Below, piece after piece: positions 25,044-37,144 of a DNA stretch of 64,000 nucleotides. The position numbers and the translations under genes were made by a program. This DNA comes from Schizosaccharomyces osmophilus (Eukaryota): the NCBI RefSeq assembly GCF_027921745.1, contig NC_079238.1, positions 868,001-932,000 on the forward strand, given 5' to 3'. The notes below the pieces were generated by a model. It saw only the letters and a program-made list of their open reading frames with translations, was not told the DNA's origin and did not search any database. Position 1 is the stretch's first letter; each line of letters begins with the position of its first letter.

Positions 25044-25222
25044 GGTATAAATTTCTAAAGGAAAAAGTAAAACTCCAAGTCTCAATTGCGGAAATTCAAC
25101 CACAACGAAAACGATATGTTTTAGTAGGCCTTTTTCGTAGGCCAAGCTGGGTCTCTTTCAGTTGGTTTCGGTGAATAGGGTCACCGAAAATTGACCGAAG
25201 GTTTCCGAAGAAGAAATGAAAT

Positions 25223-25225
<3 letters not shown>

Positions 25226-25253
<28 letters not shown>
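25226..25253 (+). repeat. (AG)14 microsatellite
   Basis: Read directly in the loc1-gti1 intergenic region. Confidence 0.95.
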
Positions 25254-25257
<4 letters not shown>

Positions 25258-26031
25258 GAGAAAATGGAATAAGAATACAAATTGCAGAAAAAAAAATTTG
25301 GCTGATTGGTTTGGACGGATCCAGAAATCGCTGCTTGATCCGAAAGGGTTTCCTGAATTTGGCTTGGCGTATGGGGATAAACAGATGAATAGTTCAAACA
25401 ATGTTCAGGAGAAGAGAGATCTCGTCAAAAACATTTATTCGTTTCCAATTTCTTTTTTCAATAGATTTAAACCGACAAGATTGAAACGAAGCCAGAGAAC
25501 TCTTTGGCAAAAGTAGAGCTGTTTTTTTGTCTTCGCTAAACATGAGCTTATAAAGGAAAAATAAAACATGGAATTGAAGCGAAGATTCATAAAAATACGA
25601 TCAATGGAAAAGAAACAATCCAAAGTTAACGGTAGAACGGTAGAATGGATACCATTCGTAAGGCGTGTAAGATTTTTCTTTTCTGCCTTTCGTTTGAAGA
25701 AACAGAACGAGCAAGACCAGTCGAATTCAATTCAATTCAATCGACTTTCAAGACGAGATATGGAATGGGAATGGGAATGGAATGGAATGGAAACCCTCTA
25801 CGTACAAATGGAATACGTTTTCCCAAACACAAAACTTGTCAGTCATCGACTTTCAAACGGACGATTCTTTCGCTTTCCTTGGAAGAGGGACAGACATTCG
25901 CCAAACGTCGCTTGAACTTATACAACAGCAATACGAGGGATTGTGGATGGTTCCCATGCATGACCAAGGGAAACTCAAAATCCAGGGTGATACTTCGCTT
26001 GCATCCAAAAGTGTAAATGATAGAAAGCGCG

Positions 26032-26059
<28 letters not shown>
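26032..26059 (+). repeat. poly(A) tract, 28 nt
   Basis: Read directly. Confidence 0.95.
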
Positions 26060-26064
<5 letters not shown>

Positions 26065-27470
26065 GCACCGGTACAAACACAAAATAGAAAACAGAAATGC
26101 AATAGAAGAAAGACCGACTAAGATTGAGACTGAGACTGAAAGAGAAACAGAAGAGAGACGGAGGCCGGTCGCACTGGACATCATCTGTCATCTCCTTTGC
26201 TAGTACCGTTCCATCATCCAGCACAAAAAGAAATGCAGCAGCTTCGAAATGGCACTGGTCTAGAATTGCTTTTGCATCCAAGTTACAAATATTTTTACTA
26301 TGACATCTCCATATAACTCTGTGCGGAATCCGTATGGACGATACTTTTGAATTCGATTGGATTAATTTCTTTGATACGTTGCTTCTTTATATGAGCCTAT
26401 AAAACCAAAGCACAAAAGAAAGAATATTTAGATTTAGTAAATGATTTTCTTGGGAAGAAGAAGTTGCTCTGTCTATTTCTTTTTCTTTCCCTTTCTCTAC
26501 TTTTAATTTCTTTATTTTTTTCATCTTTTCTTTGTTTTGTTTACGGGATCACCGCATCTCCATTTTGTTACCTCTTCTCCGCATCTTCGCTCGTGGCTCT
26601 TTGAGCTTTGATACTTCATCCGCGTTTCCCTACCTTTAAAACTTTTCTTCCCCACATTTACGCTTTCCCCTCCCTATCACAACGAAACCAAAACAAACCA
26701 CACAATTTCTTGGCTTTTTCACAGTCTTTTGCTTCACTCGTCGTAGCTCTTGCATCGGATTGAATTCTTACTCTGCCGTTCACGTTGCATTGAAGCCCGT
26801 TTTCAGATTCCCAAAAAGTTGCTTCCTCGTTTCGCTGGCTTTCCGACAGCTTGAAAGAAGCTTTTTTTTGTGTAGGCTATTGCATTGTATCTTGCTTTAA
26901 GGAATTTGTCTTTTCCATTTTTCTCGGCTTGTTCTGTTTGCTTGGATTCCTCAGTTTTATGACAAAAAGGGTGTTGCTCTCTCTTTTCTAGGCTCCTTCA
27001 CCCCTCCATCGTATTGTGTACGTTTATTTACTTTCTCATCAAGTTTTCTCTTGGTACGCTACTTTTGTCTGTTGATGTTTGTTTCGACGAATCTCCGCTT
27101 CTTCATCGCCTTCATTCAATTCCTCTCCAATTGCTATTCTTGAAGTCTCTTCCTTCTTTTTCTTTTCATGATCGATCGTTTTCAGAAATATTGTACCATC
27201 TCAAGACTTCTTCACTTGTAACGACTTTTCTTCGTTTTAGTTTTATTTTTTAATTTTCTTATTCTTCCAACTCCCCTCTCCCCTTCATTTTATCAGCGGT
27301 GGTGTCTGTTGTACGATCAGACATTGTCTTTTTGGTCTTTGTACCTCGGTTATCGTTTTTGCTTTCTTTTTTTAGGCTCGTTCCCGTTCCCCTTCTCAGC
27401 CATTGTTTCTTGTTTTCTAATTTCGAATCCTTAATTTCTCCTTACTATATTTTTCTCTTACACTCTCTGT

Positions 27471-29843
27471 ATGTCTATTTTGCAGTCCCCGTCTATACCT
27501 TCCGACCATCCTTCCATTCTGCAGCCCTCTTTCTTTGGATATGTAGGTACCACTTTGGATGCCCTCTGGTTATTTCAAGCCTGCCAGCAAAATATCCTTC
27601 CCTTCACCGCTCGTCGCCCTCAACGTGAGGAGCGAAAACACATCATCCATTCCGGTAATGTTTTCATTTTCAACGAAACCCAATCTGGTATCAAGCGCTG
27701 GACCGATGGTGTTCATTGGTCCCCTTCTCGTGTCATTGGCAACTTCCTCATCTATCGACAATTGGGAACTACCTCTATTAATCCAAACGAAAAAGTAGAT
27801 TCTACACAGGGTGCATCTGGAAAACATAGTGATGAAAATGGTCAAAATCAACCATCTCCCAAATCCAACTTTCCATCCGCTTCTGCTTCTCATCTCTCTC
27901 ATGAGTCACATCCCTCCATGCCAATTGAAGATGTTTTTTCAGATCCAAACACCTCTGTAAATCACCCTCCTCAACCTTCAAATTCATTACCCTTAGCCGT
28001 TTCTAATACTTCCACTCTTCCAGAAAAACCAGGGTTTTCCTCTACTTACCTTCAAGACCCTGCTGGCCTCTTGTCCCCTTCTTCCGCATCTGTCCATCCA
28101 GTTCCAACCCAGCCTTCTGACCCTTTGTTCTCCCATCAAAACGCTCTTGCCCCTTCTTCTATTACTTCCACATCTGGTCCTACTCCCATTCCTTCTGCTG
28201 GCGAAGACATAAAACCATACGCAAATGCGACTCCCTCTGCTATACCTTCTGGACAAAATTACCCCGATGCGCTTTCTCGGTCCCTTCCATCCTTCCCCAT
28301 TGCCTCTAATCCTTCTTTTTCTTTACCCCAACATTTTCCTACGAAGCGCCATCTTTCTGTACCGCCATCTACGTCCGCTTCTTTGCCTAACGGGTTTCCC
28401 GCCAATTCTGCTCTCTCTTATCTTCATGACAGTGAGCGCGCTTTGGTCGGATCTTTAAATGATGCATATTCTTTTGAAGAAGGAGGTCTTATCAAGAAAA
28501 CTATTTCTCTCACTATTCACGGGCAATTGCATCACCTCATCTCCTATTATACTGCGGAAGATGTATTGAATGGAAAACTGAAAACTCCAAGCTCCATGCC
28601 TCTCTTTCGCCAGCTTCCTATCTCCCCTGAATTGCTTGAGAGTAAAAGTTTTCGTATTCCACCCTTAGTCGAAGCAGCTGAATCTGAAAAAATTTCGTAT
28701 TGGAATTCGGTTTCCTCTTGTGACACACAACAACAGCCTACGTCTGTTGTTATGACTGGCCCTTCGCCTTCCGTTCAAGATGTGGATCCTTATCATTTTC
28801 AGAACCTCACGCTTTCCACTTCTCCTACATCTAATTTACCACCGGCTTTTAATGCGAATCGAACCTCACCAACGTCAATGCAACATCCTTATGCCGCCAG
28901 TCCTCATCCCTCTTCCCAGCTTCCTTCATATGCTAAATCTCCGAACCATATGCCATATCCAGATATGCCACCCATACCGACTTTCAGCAACCATGCTCCT
29001 TCCCATTATCCCGATCATTCAATTCCTGCTATGACTTCAGTGCCAGAGTCTTCTACTTATCCTAATCCAGTATTTATTAAGAGTGAATATAACGAGGATA
29101 GCTCTGGTGGTCAGAATGGCTTACCTCCCTTTCATTCCAGAGAGGAACCTTGGATTGACAGAGATGCTTTTTACAATAGCTCTCGACAGTACTCGGAAGC
29201 ACATCCGTCTTTCCCTCAGCGAACATTCTCTAATAATACGGCGCTTCCTGGATATGCAAGCCTACAAGAAACAGGCAATCCAAATCTTGAATCATTTGAT
29301 CGTAATATGCACAGGCACTCGTTAAGTACAAGTCAACCGAGTTCGATGTTTCCGTATGATACTGGGTTGGCTTATCATTATCCAACTAATCAGAACATGA
29401 ACCCCATGGGAGGCTCACAAGGAACGTCTGATTTATATTGGAATAAAGATGCTTATTTACAACCACCTATGATGCATCCATCTCAAGGAAATGCTGTATA
29501 CGCAAATGCTGGCCAAAGTTGGGTTCCCAATTCCAGTATGAATGTGCAAGCTAATTCCGAGTATCCATTTCCTGTACAACAAGAGAGCAATTCATCCTCT
29601 ACAAGAAGAAGAAGCACGGTTGGTCGTTCTCCAAAGATGTTTCTTCCTATTCCTAATTCTCGCAGGGGTTCCGTTCCTTTAGTACAAACAAAACAGTTAC
29701 CGATGCGTTCGACAGGGAGTCGCCCTTTCTCACCTGTCAATACAATGCATCGCTCTGCATACCGTGCTCATCCATATCCAATCTTACCTAATGTTTCACA
29801 TGGCCAATATCAGCCAGACGAGACGAACAAACCGATGCGCTAA
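27471..29843 (+). CDS. gti1: Gti1/Pac2 (WOPR) family transcription factor
   Basis: WOPRa (FFGYVGTTLDALWLFQAC..RRP..ER..I.SGNVFIF.E..SGIKRWTDGVHWSPSRVIGNFLIYRQL) and WOPRb (GGLIKKTIS..HHLISYYT.EDV..GKLKTPS). Confidence 0.95.
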   Translation: MSILQSPSIPSDHPSILQPSFFGYVGTTLDALWLFQACQQNILPFTARRPQREERKHIIHSGNVFIFNETQSGIKRWTDGVHWSPSRVIGNFLIYRQLGTTSINPNEKVDSTQGASGKHSDENGQNQPSPKSNFPSASASHLSHESHPSMPIEDVFSDPNTSVNHPPQPSNSLPLAVSNTSTLPEKPGFSSTYLQDPAGLLSPSSASVHPVPTQPSDPLFSHQNALAPSSITSTSGPTPIPSAGEDIKPYANATPSAIPSGQNYPDALSRSLPSFPIASNPSFSLPQHFPTKRHLSVPPSTSASLPNGFPANSALSYLHDSERALVGSLNDAYSFEEGGLIKKTISLTIHGQLHHLISYYTAEDVLNGKLKTPSSMPLFRQLPISPELLESKSFRIPPLVEAAESEKISYWNSVSSCDTQQQPTSVVMTGPSPSVQDVDPYHFQNLTLSTSPTSNLPPAFNANRTSPTSMQHPYAASPHPSSQLPSYAKSPNHMPYPDMPPIPTFSNHAPSHYPDHSIPAMTSVPESSTYPNPVFIKSEYNEDSSGGQNGLPPFHSREEPWIDRDAFYNSSRQYSEAHPSFPQRTFSNNTALPGYASLQETGNPNLESFDRNMHRHSLSTSQPSSMFPYDTGLAYHYPTNQNMNPMGGSQGTSDLYWNKDAYLQPPMMHPSQGNAVYANAGQSWVPNSSMNVQANSEYPFPVQQESNSSSTRRRSTVGRSPKMFLPIPNSRRGSVPLVQTKQLPMRSTGSRPFSPVNTMHRSAYRAHPYPILPNVSHGQYQPDETNKPMR

Positions 29844-30523
29844 TTAATTCTGCTCTATTTAAAAAATGCTTTTTATGGATCTGCTCAGATCAGTGATGAT
29901 TTAATGTATTTTTAATGCTCTGGATTATTCTGTCCTATTGCTATAATTTACTATGGCTTTTTTTTTTTTTTATATAAAAATTATTCTCTCCCCCTCTCTT
30001 TTATTCTTATTTTTAGCTTTTCCGATGTTTTCTGTTAATTCTATACGTTACGAAAGAAAACGACAAAGGAATCCTTTCTTTATTTTGTGATTAACTTAGC
30101 ACATATTTGACCCAAAGATAAATAAATTTGGCTTTAAATATACAATATAAATTTCGCTTTTACAAAAGCTTTGTCATCTCTTTTGTTGTTACGTGTTGTT
30201 GTCTTGAAACTCTGAACGAAAAGTTCCTGCTAATAACATTCAAAGTTACGAATACAAAAGAGAATCCCTGTATAAGAATTGAACTTTGCCTTCACCTTGA
30301 AAGCTCTTTTCCGATGAAGCTTGTATTTAACTTTCCATGCTTATTGCTTTTCTATTTATTTACATTTTTAAATGTTACTTACAGGATCGCAATTCGCATT
30401 TTTCACGTACTAGCGAAGTTCCGTAAATACCTTTCGGGACACTTGCGTTGTCGCTATTTGAGAACCTCCCATGATATAGTAGAAAACAAATTAAACTGCA
30501 GCATTTTAACAACAACTGAATTT

Positions 30524-32392
30524 ATGGCTTCAGCGAATGTAAGCGCGCGTGTATATGAGCTACTAGAAGCTTTAAAAAAGGAGTTTGATGAAGTTTCTAG
30601 AAAATCGCAAAGTTCGGAGCACCATAAAGATGATTTCGACTATAAAGGTAAATTTAGACAGCTAACAAACAATTCGAAAGAAGATGTAGACTAACAAGTG
30701 GAAAGGAATCATTTCATCTCAGATTCAAGAGATTGCTCTCATGAAACAAACGGTAATGGATCTGGAGATGCAACAAAACAAAGTCAAAGAAAGGTAATGA
30801 AATATTGAGCGAAAGCCATTAAATTTATCTTGATTTCTTTATCTAACTGATTCTTTTACTAACTAGTGTTAGATACGAAGACGAAATTGCTAGGTTAAAA
30901 AACCAACTGGAGAATCGGCGGAAGGAAATTGCTTCGGGAAATCTTTTTGGTCGCAGGAAAAGCAGTGTTTCAGTAGGAAAGCCAAATTTATCTGAATCCA
31001 CAAAACCAACAATTTCTGCTAATGGAATCAGCGGGTCTGCTCCGACGAGCTTACGCTCCCCTGCCGTTGACTCTGATGGTACCGCCTTAGCACCTCTCCA
31101 ACTCCCCAATTCAGAATTAGCCTCTCAAGGATACCCTGGCTCAATGGTGAATCCTTCAATTGTAGGTGGACTTGATGGTTCCAGCGTACGATGTAAGCTA
31201 AACTTTGTTTTCGATATATAATTGTGCTGATGTTTAACTAACTATTTTAGCTTATCCCCAAAGCTTGCCTCTGGGACATCCTCCAGCTCCTGAATCTGCT
31301 TATGCTTCATCAGGACCCCTTGGTGTTGCCGGTGCTAATGGCAAGATGAATGTGAACCCACCTCTTCCATCAGAGATGATTCCCACATCTAGTTTGACGA
31401 ATAACGAGGAGAAAGATTGGTCTATGTCCACTTTACGAAAAGACAAACAGTCTCCTATTTCTGTCAGGCTGCTTCATACTTTGGAGCACACTAGTGTCAT
31501 TTGTTATGTTCGTTTCAGCGCAGACGGTAAATACCTGGCTACCGGTTGCAACCGTGCCGCCATGGTATTCAGTGTGGAGACTGGCCAGCTAGTTAATCTT
31601 TTACAGGAAGAATCTGCTGAGCGTGAAGGAGACCTCTATGTACGAAGTGTCGCTTTTAGTCCAGATGGTAAATTCCTCGCCACCGGAGTCGAAGATCGTC
31701 AAATTCGGGTTTGGGACATTTCTCAAAAACGTGTCTACCGGCTTTTAACCGGACACGAACAAGAGATTTACTCGTTAGACTTTAGTAAAGACGGTAAAAC
31801 GTTGATTTCGGGCAGCGGGGATCGTACAATATGTCTTTGGGATGTTGAAGCTGGCGAGCAAAAGTTGATCTTACACACAGACGACGGTGTGACTACAGTC
31901 GCCTTTTCCCCTGATAATCAATACATTGTCGCTGGTTCCTTGGACAAAGTCATACGAGTTTGGACAGCCTCCGGTACCTTGATAGAACAATTAGTCGGCC
32001 ATCAAGAGAGCGTTTATAGTATTTGCTTCTCACCTGACGGATCTCACTTGGTCAGTGGTAGTCTTGATAACACAATTCGATTATGGGAGCTTCAAGCCAC
32101 AAGAAGGATACCCCCGAGCGCAATAAAAGAAGGAGGAATCTGCAAGCAAGTATTCAGCGGGCATAAGGATTTCATTTTGAGCGTTGCCATGAGCCCTGAT
32201 GGAAAATGGATAATTAGCGGTTCCAAAGATCGAACAATTCAGTTTTGGTCTATGGATTCACCAACGTCCCAGCTTACTTTACAGGGTCATAATAACTCTG
32301 TCATTTCCGTTGCCATTAGTCCCAATGGACATACTTTTGCGACTGGAAGTGGAGATTTACGTGCACGAATTTGGTCTTATACCGACCTTTAA
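30524..32392 (+). CDS. tup12: Tup1-family WD40 corepressor; exons 30524-30647, 30706-30793, 30873-31192, 31251-32392
   Basis: N-terminal Tup_N coiled coil ([24 protein letters not shown]) plus WD40 repeats ([47 protein letters not shown]); adjacency to tsc2 favours tup12 over tup11. Confidence 0.92.
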
Positions 32393-33011
32393 AATCTTAT
32401 TGTTCTTAATGTGTTTTACTCGCTTTGCCCCTTTCTCCTTTTACATTTTATCCGTAATGTGTTTTTGTTCAGAAAATCTTTGAGATTTAAATTATTTTTT
32501 TTCGGTTATAACGTGATATACTGGGAATTCTTTTTCCAAATAATCTGTTTCCATTCCTTTTTTTGACACAAAATCAAAAATTCTTGTCCATTCTCGTCCG
32601 TTCTTTATATAAAATATGAATAGTCAGCTATGTTTCTATTCTTTATTTTAAAACCTTTATTCTTAATTTAGTTTTGTAAACCTACATTGACAACCTTATG
32701 GAATATATTCGTATCGAATGCCTTTCTCAGTTGCTCTCTTGAAAGAAGTACAAGTGTAAGTATTTATTTTATGTAATATAATGTTAGAAGTTACAATCTG
32801 TAAATTCACCCTTTCGTATTTTTACACCTACGGTGCGCCGACGTTTTCTATGTAACTAAATACCTATTCCACCGTTCCTACGGATTGAATGGAAATTTCA
32901 CATAACTCCAAGGTAAACTATCCCATGAATTACATTTTTAATTGTGTTACATATTTTATAAGTAAACACCAAGACATTGGCGTGATTTAGACCAAGTCCG
33001 ACAAAAATAAA

Positions 33012-36000
33012 ATGGAAGGAACACCTTTGGTTTCTGGCGATGAATCTAGCTGGACCGATGCAGATATTCAGCTCTACTTTCGTTCAACTCTTCCTTTAAA
33101 AAAGAGAAGTGCTATTGTTAGAAATATTTACCAGAGACTGAAGAATTATATATACTCGTCTATATCTATAAATCTAGTATGGAATCATATACAAGATTTC
33201 TTTTCTGTGCGAACAAATAACCGAGATTTGCGGGTGTTGGCATATAATCTAATGGAAAGGTATATTTATACGCAAAAGGAGCTGTCTTTGATGGAAAGAT
33301 ACGTGTTCTTTCAGTCCATTGAACAGAATGAGTTTCATGATCTGGCAGAGCTTCGACTAAAGCTCAAAACCTCAAATGTTTTGACGCAGGAGGGACATAA
33401 GGTATCTGGAATTGAAAACAAAATTTGTCCTTTGCTAGCGACGTGGTTCATTCAAGCTCACCAGCTTCAAACAAAACTCCCTGAAGAGCGGGGTCCTCTC
33501 AAGGAAGAAGGTTTGCTGCTTTTGGCAGAGTTATTTAACTTTTCTAGTAATTTGGTAAAATTCCAATTTTATAGGGTTCCTGAGCGCCACGCACTTTTGC
33601 TCATTAATTCAGTCGTTGAAGTCTGCAACCGAACTCCCTTAACAGAGGTAGTTGAAAAAACATTACTTCTTTTTGACGCTCTTGTCCGTTACTCTTCTGT
33701 TCCTGGATCTGCTGTAAATGATATGGTTATTATTTTATGCAGCGCTTTTGTTAGTACATTTTCCTATTCCAAGCTGGCCAACTCAGTCGTTGTTAATTTG
33801 TTCCAAAGCCATATTTCCCACATTGTCTTTGAAGTTATTGTAGATATTCTGCGAAACTTAAGGACAAATGTGAACGCTGTTCGTGGTGCTGTTCGTCTTA
33901 TGCGTTTTTTTGTCTTGCACGAGTCAAGTATAGAACCTATGACATCTTTTACTTTAAGTTCCTCCATAAAATATACAGAACTTCCTTTGGGCTATCACGA
34001 AAACATTGATTTTGAGATCCTTGGAACCGTTTTCTTATATTTACGAAATCCTGCTATTTGCTCCCAATTGTCTTCGGTCGATTGGAGACGTATTTTTAAT
34101 ATCCTAACATTTTCTTCAAGTTATTTACCCTTAGAATTATCAGAATCCAAAAAGTCGATTAATTATGCTACCGCCTTTGCAAATTTATATGACCGAATAT
34201 TGGATGTTTTGGAGATTGATGCTTTTACACCTTCGTTTATCTTTTTTGAAGAAAATCTTATTAGATTCTTTTATAAAATACTTCCTCTTTTGAAGGCCCC
34301 GATTTTAAAGAGACTTGTTCAGTACATAGATGTCTGTAATCTTACTTGCCCTTCAAGCTCTTATTGGACTACTAATCTTTCATTTTTATACAAAGTAAGT
34401 CGGACTGACTTTCTTTCTGAACAAGATCAGGCGAATGTTTTGAAGATGATTCAGAAAACTTGCTCATTACTGGATAACCATTCTGTGCCAGAGTTTTATA
34501 GAGTTTTTCTTCTTCCAGCCTTAAATAACGTCGATAACTCAAAAGATGAGGGTTTAATTGCTCCTTTATATAATATGCTCTTTTTTATCCATACTAATCA
34601 TTCTTTTATTGAGTTAGAGGATATAATAACGCTTTATCAGCAAATAATTCATTCCTCCAATAGTGGAAATGTAAATGTTCGGCTTGCTACAAGCTCATTA
34701 ATTCGCCTTTTCTATTTTTATTTTGATTTGAAATCTAAAAAAGGGGCTGCCACCCTTCTATTGACACTTTTGTCTTTGCTGAGTAAAAGCAGCTCTCCGA
34801 AACTAAGCAGATTATTGTGCCTACAGTTATTTCTTCGATTCCGTAGGAATGCACAAGGAATATATTTGGTTGAATACTTACACGAACAAGCTGCTTTCTC
34901 AGACTTCGGTTTGTTAGACGAATCAACACCCTACGTCTATCCTGTTTCAGATTCGTTTATCAATGATATTTTAGTTGACAAACATTGTTGGGAAAGATCG
35001 CCTTCCGAAATTTTTGACGAGAAGGATGAAAGCGGGAAAGTAAGTGTATTCACATTCCCTGCAACTTTACTGTTAAATGTCTACAGAGATATCGTCCTCA
35101 TGGAAACCGAATGGAATATGTTTAGTTGTTTTATTGCTCATTTCCCCGATCAGTTAAGCAACCGGAGTTTATTTATTCAGTCAATTCTTCAAATTAGGGA
35201 GTTAGTTAACATTTTTTGTGAATTGATTTCTGAGCGCTTAGCACTGCCTGCTGCTGTACCTGAAGATGTTCGGAAAGCCCACATTATGATACCTCTTCTT
35301 CAAGGTGCTTTAATGTCGTTCGGATATTTGGATCATTTCACACGGGCTGAGAAAGACGAATTGGTTAATGCGTTCCTACCAGGGCTTGAAAAAAGAAATG
35401 AGGTTTGTCATATTTGTATACATGCCTTGCTATTATGTTGCTATGAAATGCCAGTGTCTATTAGCAAACATCTGCCAGCTATTTTGACAAGACTGTCCAG
35501 GCTGATTACTAAATCAGATTTAAGCGTTCATATTCTAGAATTTTTATCTAGTTTGGCTAGATTGCCGGACCTTATTGCTAATTTCACTGATGCTGATTTT
35601 CGGCAAGTTTTCGGGGTTTCCTTAAAATACATTCAACATTACAATGTTACAAAAGATGGGAGGCCACAAACAGATGACAACGTTGTTATCAAGCAGTCTT
35701 ATTCGAGTTATGTGTTAGCTTTGGCATACAGTATTCTTCAAGTCTGGTTCCTTTCAGTACGGATAAATGAACGTAAAAAGTTTGTTCCATGGATATTACG
35801 AGGATTAAGTTTGGCGGCTGAAGGCCAACCTCTTGATGATTTGAGCTTGGTTCAGTATGATATGATGCAAAGATTCTGTTATTCGAACTCTGATATTCAT
35901 AACCAAGCACCGAGTGGTATTGATCCTCACATGGATTCACAAACCTGGATTCGTGGAAATTCCCTTTTTACTGTTAACGTATCAAAGAATTTGAACTATA

Positions 36001-37013
36001 TGCAAGCTCTTGTACGTCGTCCTTCTGGTACAACACAATATACATTTAGAAATATGGCTTATTTAAGAAGCTGGATGCTTGGGGAAGACTTGTCGAGTTC
36101 CAACGATCTACCATCTCATAATGGGTTTGCTCCGACGCCTAGTAGCTTTTTGTCACATTTTTTGGATCCACAGGGTATTTCTGTCAATGGTCATCCAATT
36201 CTTTTACCAGATAATGACTCCGTGCGGAGAGCGATTAGTGTTTTTGACAGGGTTCCAGTTATTGAATCTCTGAAGGCTGGAGTCGTTTATGTCGGTTATC
36301 AACAGACTGCGGAAGCAGATATATTAGCCAATACAGACCCTTCTCACGGATTCAAAGAATTTCTTAATGGTCTTGGTGTTTTCAAGGAATTGAAAGGTAG
36401 CAAAGAACTTTATACTGGAGGTTTGGATCGAGAACATAATATTGACGGTGAATTTGCCTATTATTGGAGAGACAAGGTCACCCAACTTGTTTTTCATTGT
36501 ACAACATTGATGCCTACGAGCTTTGAACGGGATCCTAGCTGCACCATGAAAAAACGGCATATTGGAAATGATTTTGTAAATATTATTTTTAACGAATCGG
36601 GTCTAGTTTATGATTTTGACACTATCCCTAGTCAGTTCAGTTTTGTAAATATAGTAATATCGCCTGAATTTGAACCAGGTAACTCGTCAAATGAGTCTGC
36701 CAAATTCTATAAAGTGGAAGCCCAAACGAAATATGATATAGATTTTAGTCTTTTTAACAGCCATAAGGTTGTTTCATTGAAATCTTTGCCTGCTGTTGTG
36801 CGAGATGTGACATTGAATGCAGCAGTCTTTTCTCATATCTATCATCAGGGTGCTGGTGATTATGTTTCAATATGGACTGAGCGTTTACGACAACTGAAAC
36901 GATTAAGAGAACGGTTTTTACCTGCGCGTTTGATTGAGGAGGATCATGATGGACAGATGCAGATGAAAATCATAAATGGCACAAACTTTTCGGATTTCAC
37001 AAGTTATCTCTAA
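33012..37013 (+). CDS. tsc2: tuberin (Rheb GAP)
   Basis: 1333-aa ORF with tuberin domain (HILEFLSSLARLP..ANF....RQVF), VRRPSGT, and Rap-GAP domain (YTGGLD, FHCTTLMP, KKRHIGNDFVNIIFN). Confidence 0.97.
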   Translation: MEGTPLVSGDESSWTDADIQLYFRSTLPLKKRSAIVRNIYQRLKNYIYSSISINLVWNHIQDFFSVRTNNRDLRVLAYNLMERYIYTQKELSLMERYVFFQSIEQNEFHDLAELRLKLKTSNVLTQEGHKVSGIENKICPLLATWFIQAHQLQTKLPEERGPLKEEGLLLLAELFNFSSNLVKFQFYRVPERHALLLINSVVEVCNRTPLTEVVEKTLLLFDALVRYSSVPGSAVNDMVIILCSAFVSTFSYSKLANSVVVNLFQSHISHIVFEVIVDILRNLRTNVNAVRGAVRLMRFFVLHESSIEPMTSFTLSSSIKYTELPLGYHENIDFEILGTVFLYLRNPAICSQLSSVDWRRIFNILTFSSSYLPLELSESKKSINYATAFANLYDRILDVLEIDAFTPSFIFFEENLIRFFYKILPLLKAPILKRLVQYIDVCNLTCPSSSYWTTNLSFLYKVSRTDFLSEQDQANVLKMIQKTCSLLDNHSVPEFYRVFLLPALNNVDNSKDEGLIAPLYNMLFFIHTNHSFIELEDIITLYQQIIHSSNSGNVNVRLATSSLIRLFYFYFDLKSKKGAATLLLTLLSLLSKSSSPKLSRLLCLQLFLRFRRNAQGIYLVEYLHEQAAFSDFGLLDESTPYVYPVSDSFINDILVDKHCWERSPSEIFDEKDESGKVSVFTFPATLLLNVYRDIVLMETEWNMFSCFIAHFPDQLSNRSLFIQSILQIRELVNIFCELISERLALPAAVPEDVRKAHIMIPLLQGALMSFGYLDHFTRAEKDELVNAFLPGLEKRNEVCHICIHALLLCCYEMPVSISKHLPAILTRLSRLITKSDLSVHILEFLSSLARLPDLIANFTDADFRQVFGVSLKYIQHYNVTKDGRPQTDDNVVIKQSYSSYVLALAYSILQVWFLSVRINERKKFVPWILRGLSLAAEGQPLDDLSLVQYDMMQRFCYSNSDIHNQAPSGIDPHMDSQTWIRGNSLFTVNVSKNLNYMQALVRRPSGTTQYTFRNMAYLRSWMLGEDLSSSNDLPSHNGFAPTPSSFLSHFLDPQGISVNGHPILLPDNDSVRRAISVFDRVPVIESLKAGVVYVGYQQTAEADILANTDPSHGFKEFLNGLGVFKELKGSKELYTGGLDREHNIDGEFAYYWRDKVTQLVFHCTTLMPTSFERDPSCTMKKRHIGNDFVNIIFNESGLVYDFDTIPSQFSFVNIVISPEFEPGNSSNESAKFYKVEAQTKYDIDFSLFNSHKVVSLKSLPAVVRDVTLNAAVFSHIYHQGAGDYVSIWTERLRQLKRLRERFLPARLIEEDHDGQMQMKIINGTNFSDFTSYL

Positions 37014-37144
37014 TTGCAGTAATGGGCTGACGATATTTAATGATAGATGTTTATACAATAATGAACTTGTTCATGCATAATTAATAAAATTTGATTAATA
37101 TATTCATTATGGCAACAGATCGTAAAACATCTAATGGACGGGTA

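Noticed and set aside
25096..26281. Cluster of 70-140 aa ORFs upstream of gti1
   Set aside because: Low-complexity translations of microsatellites and poly(A); no domain or splice-consistent model.
30128..30523. Upstream in-frame extension of tup12 from a TTG
   Set aside because: Composition is UTR-like; the Tup_N similarity begins at the ATG at 30524.
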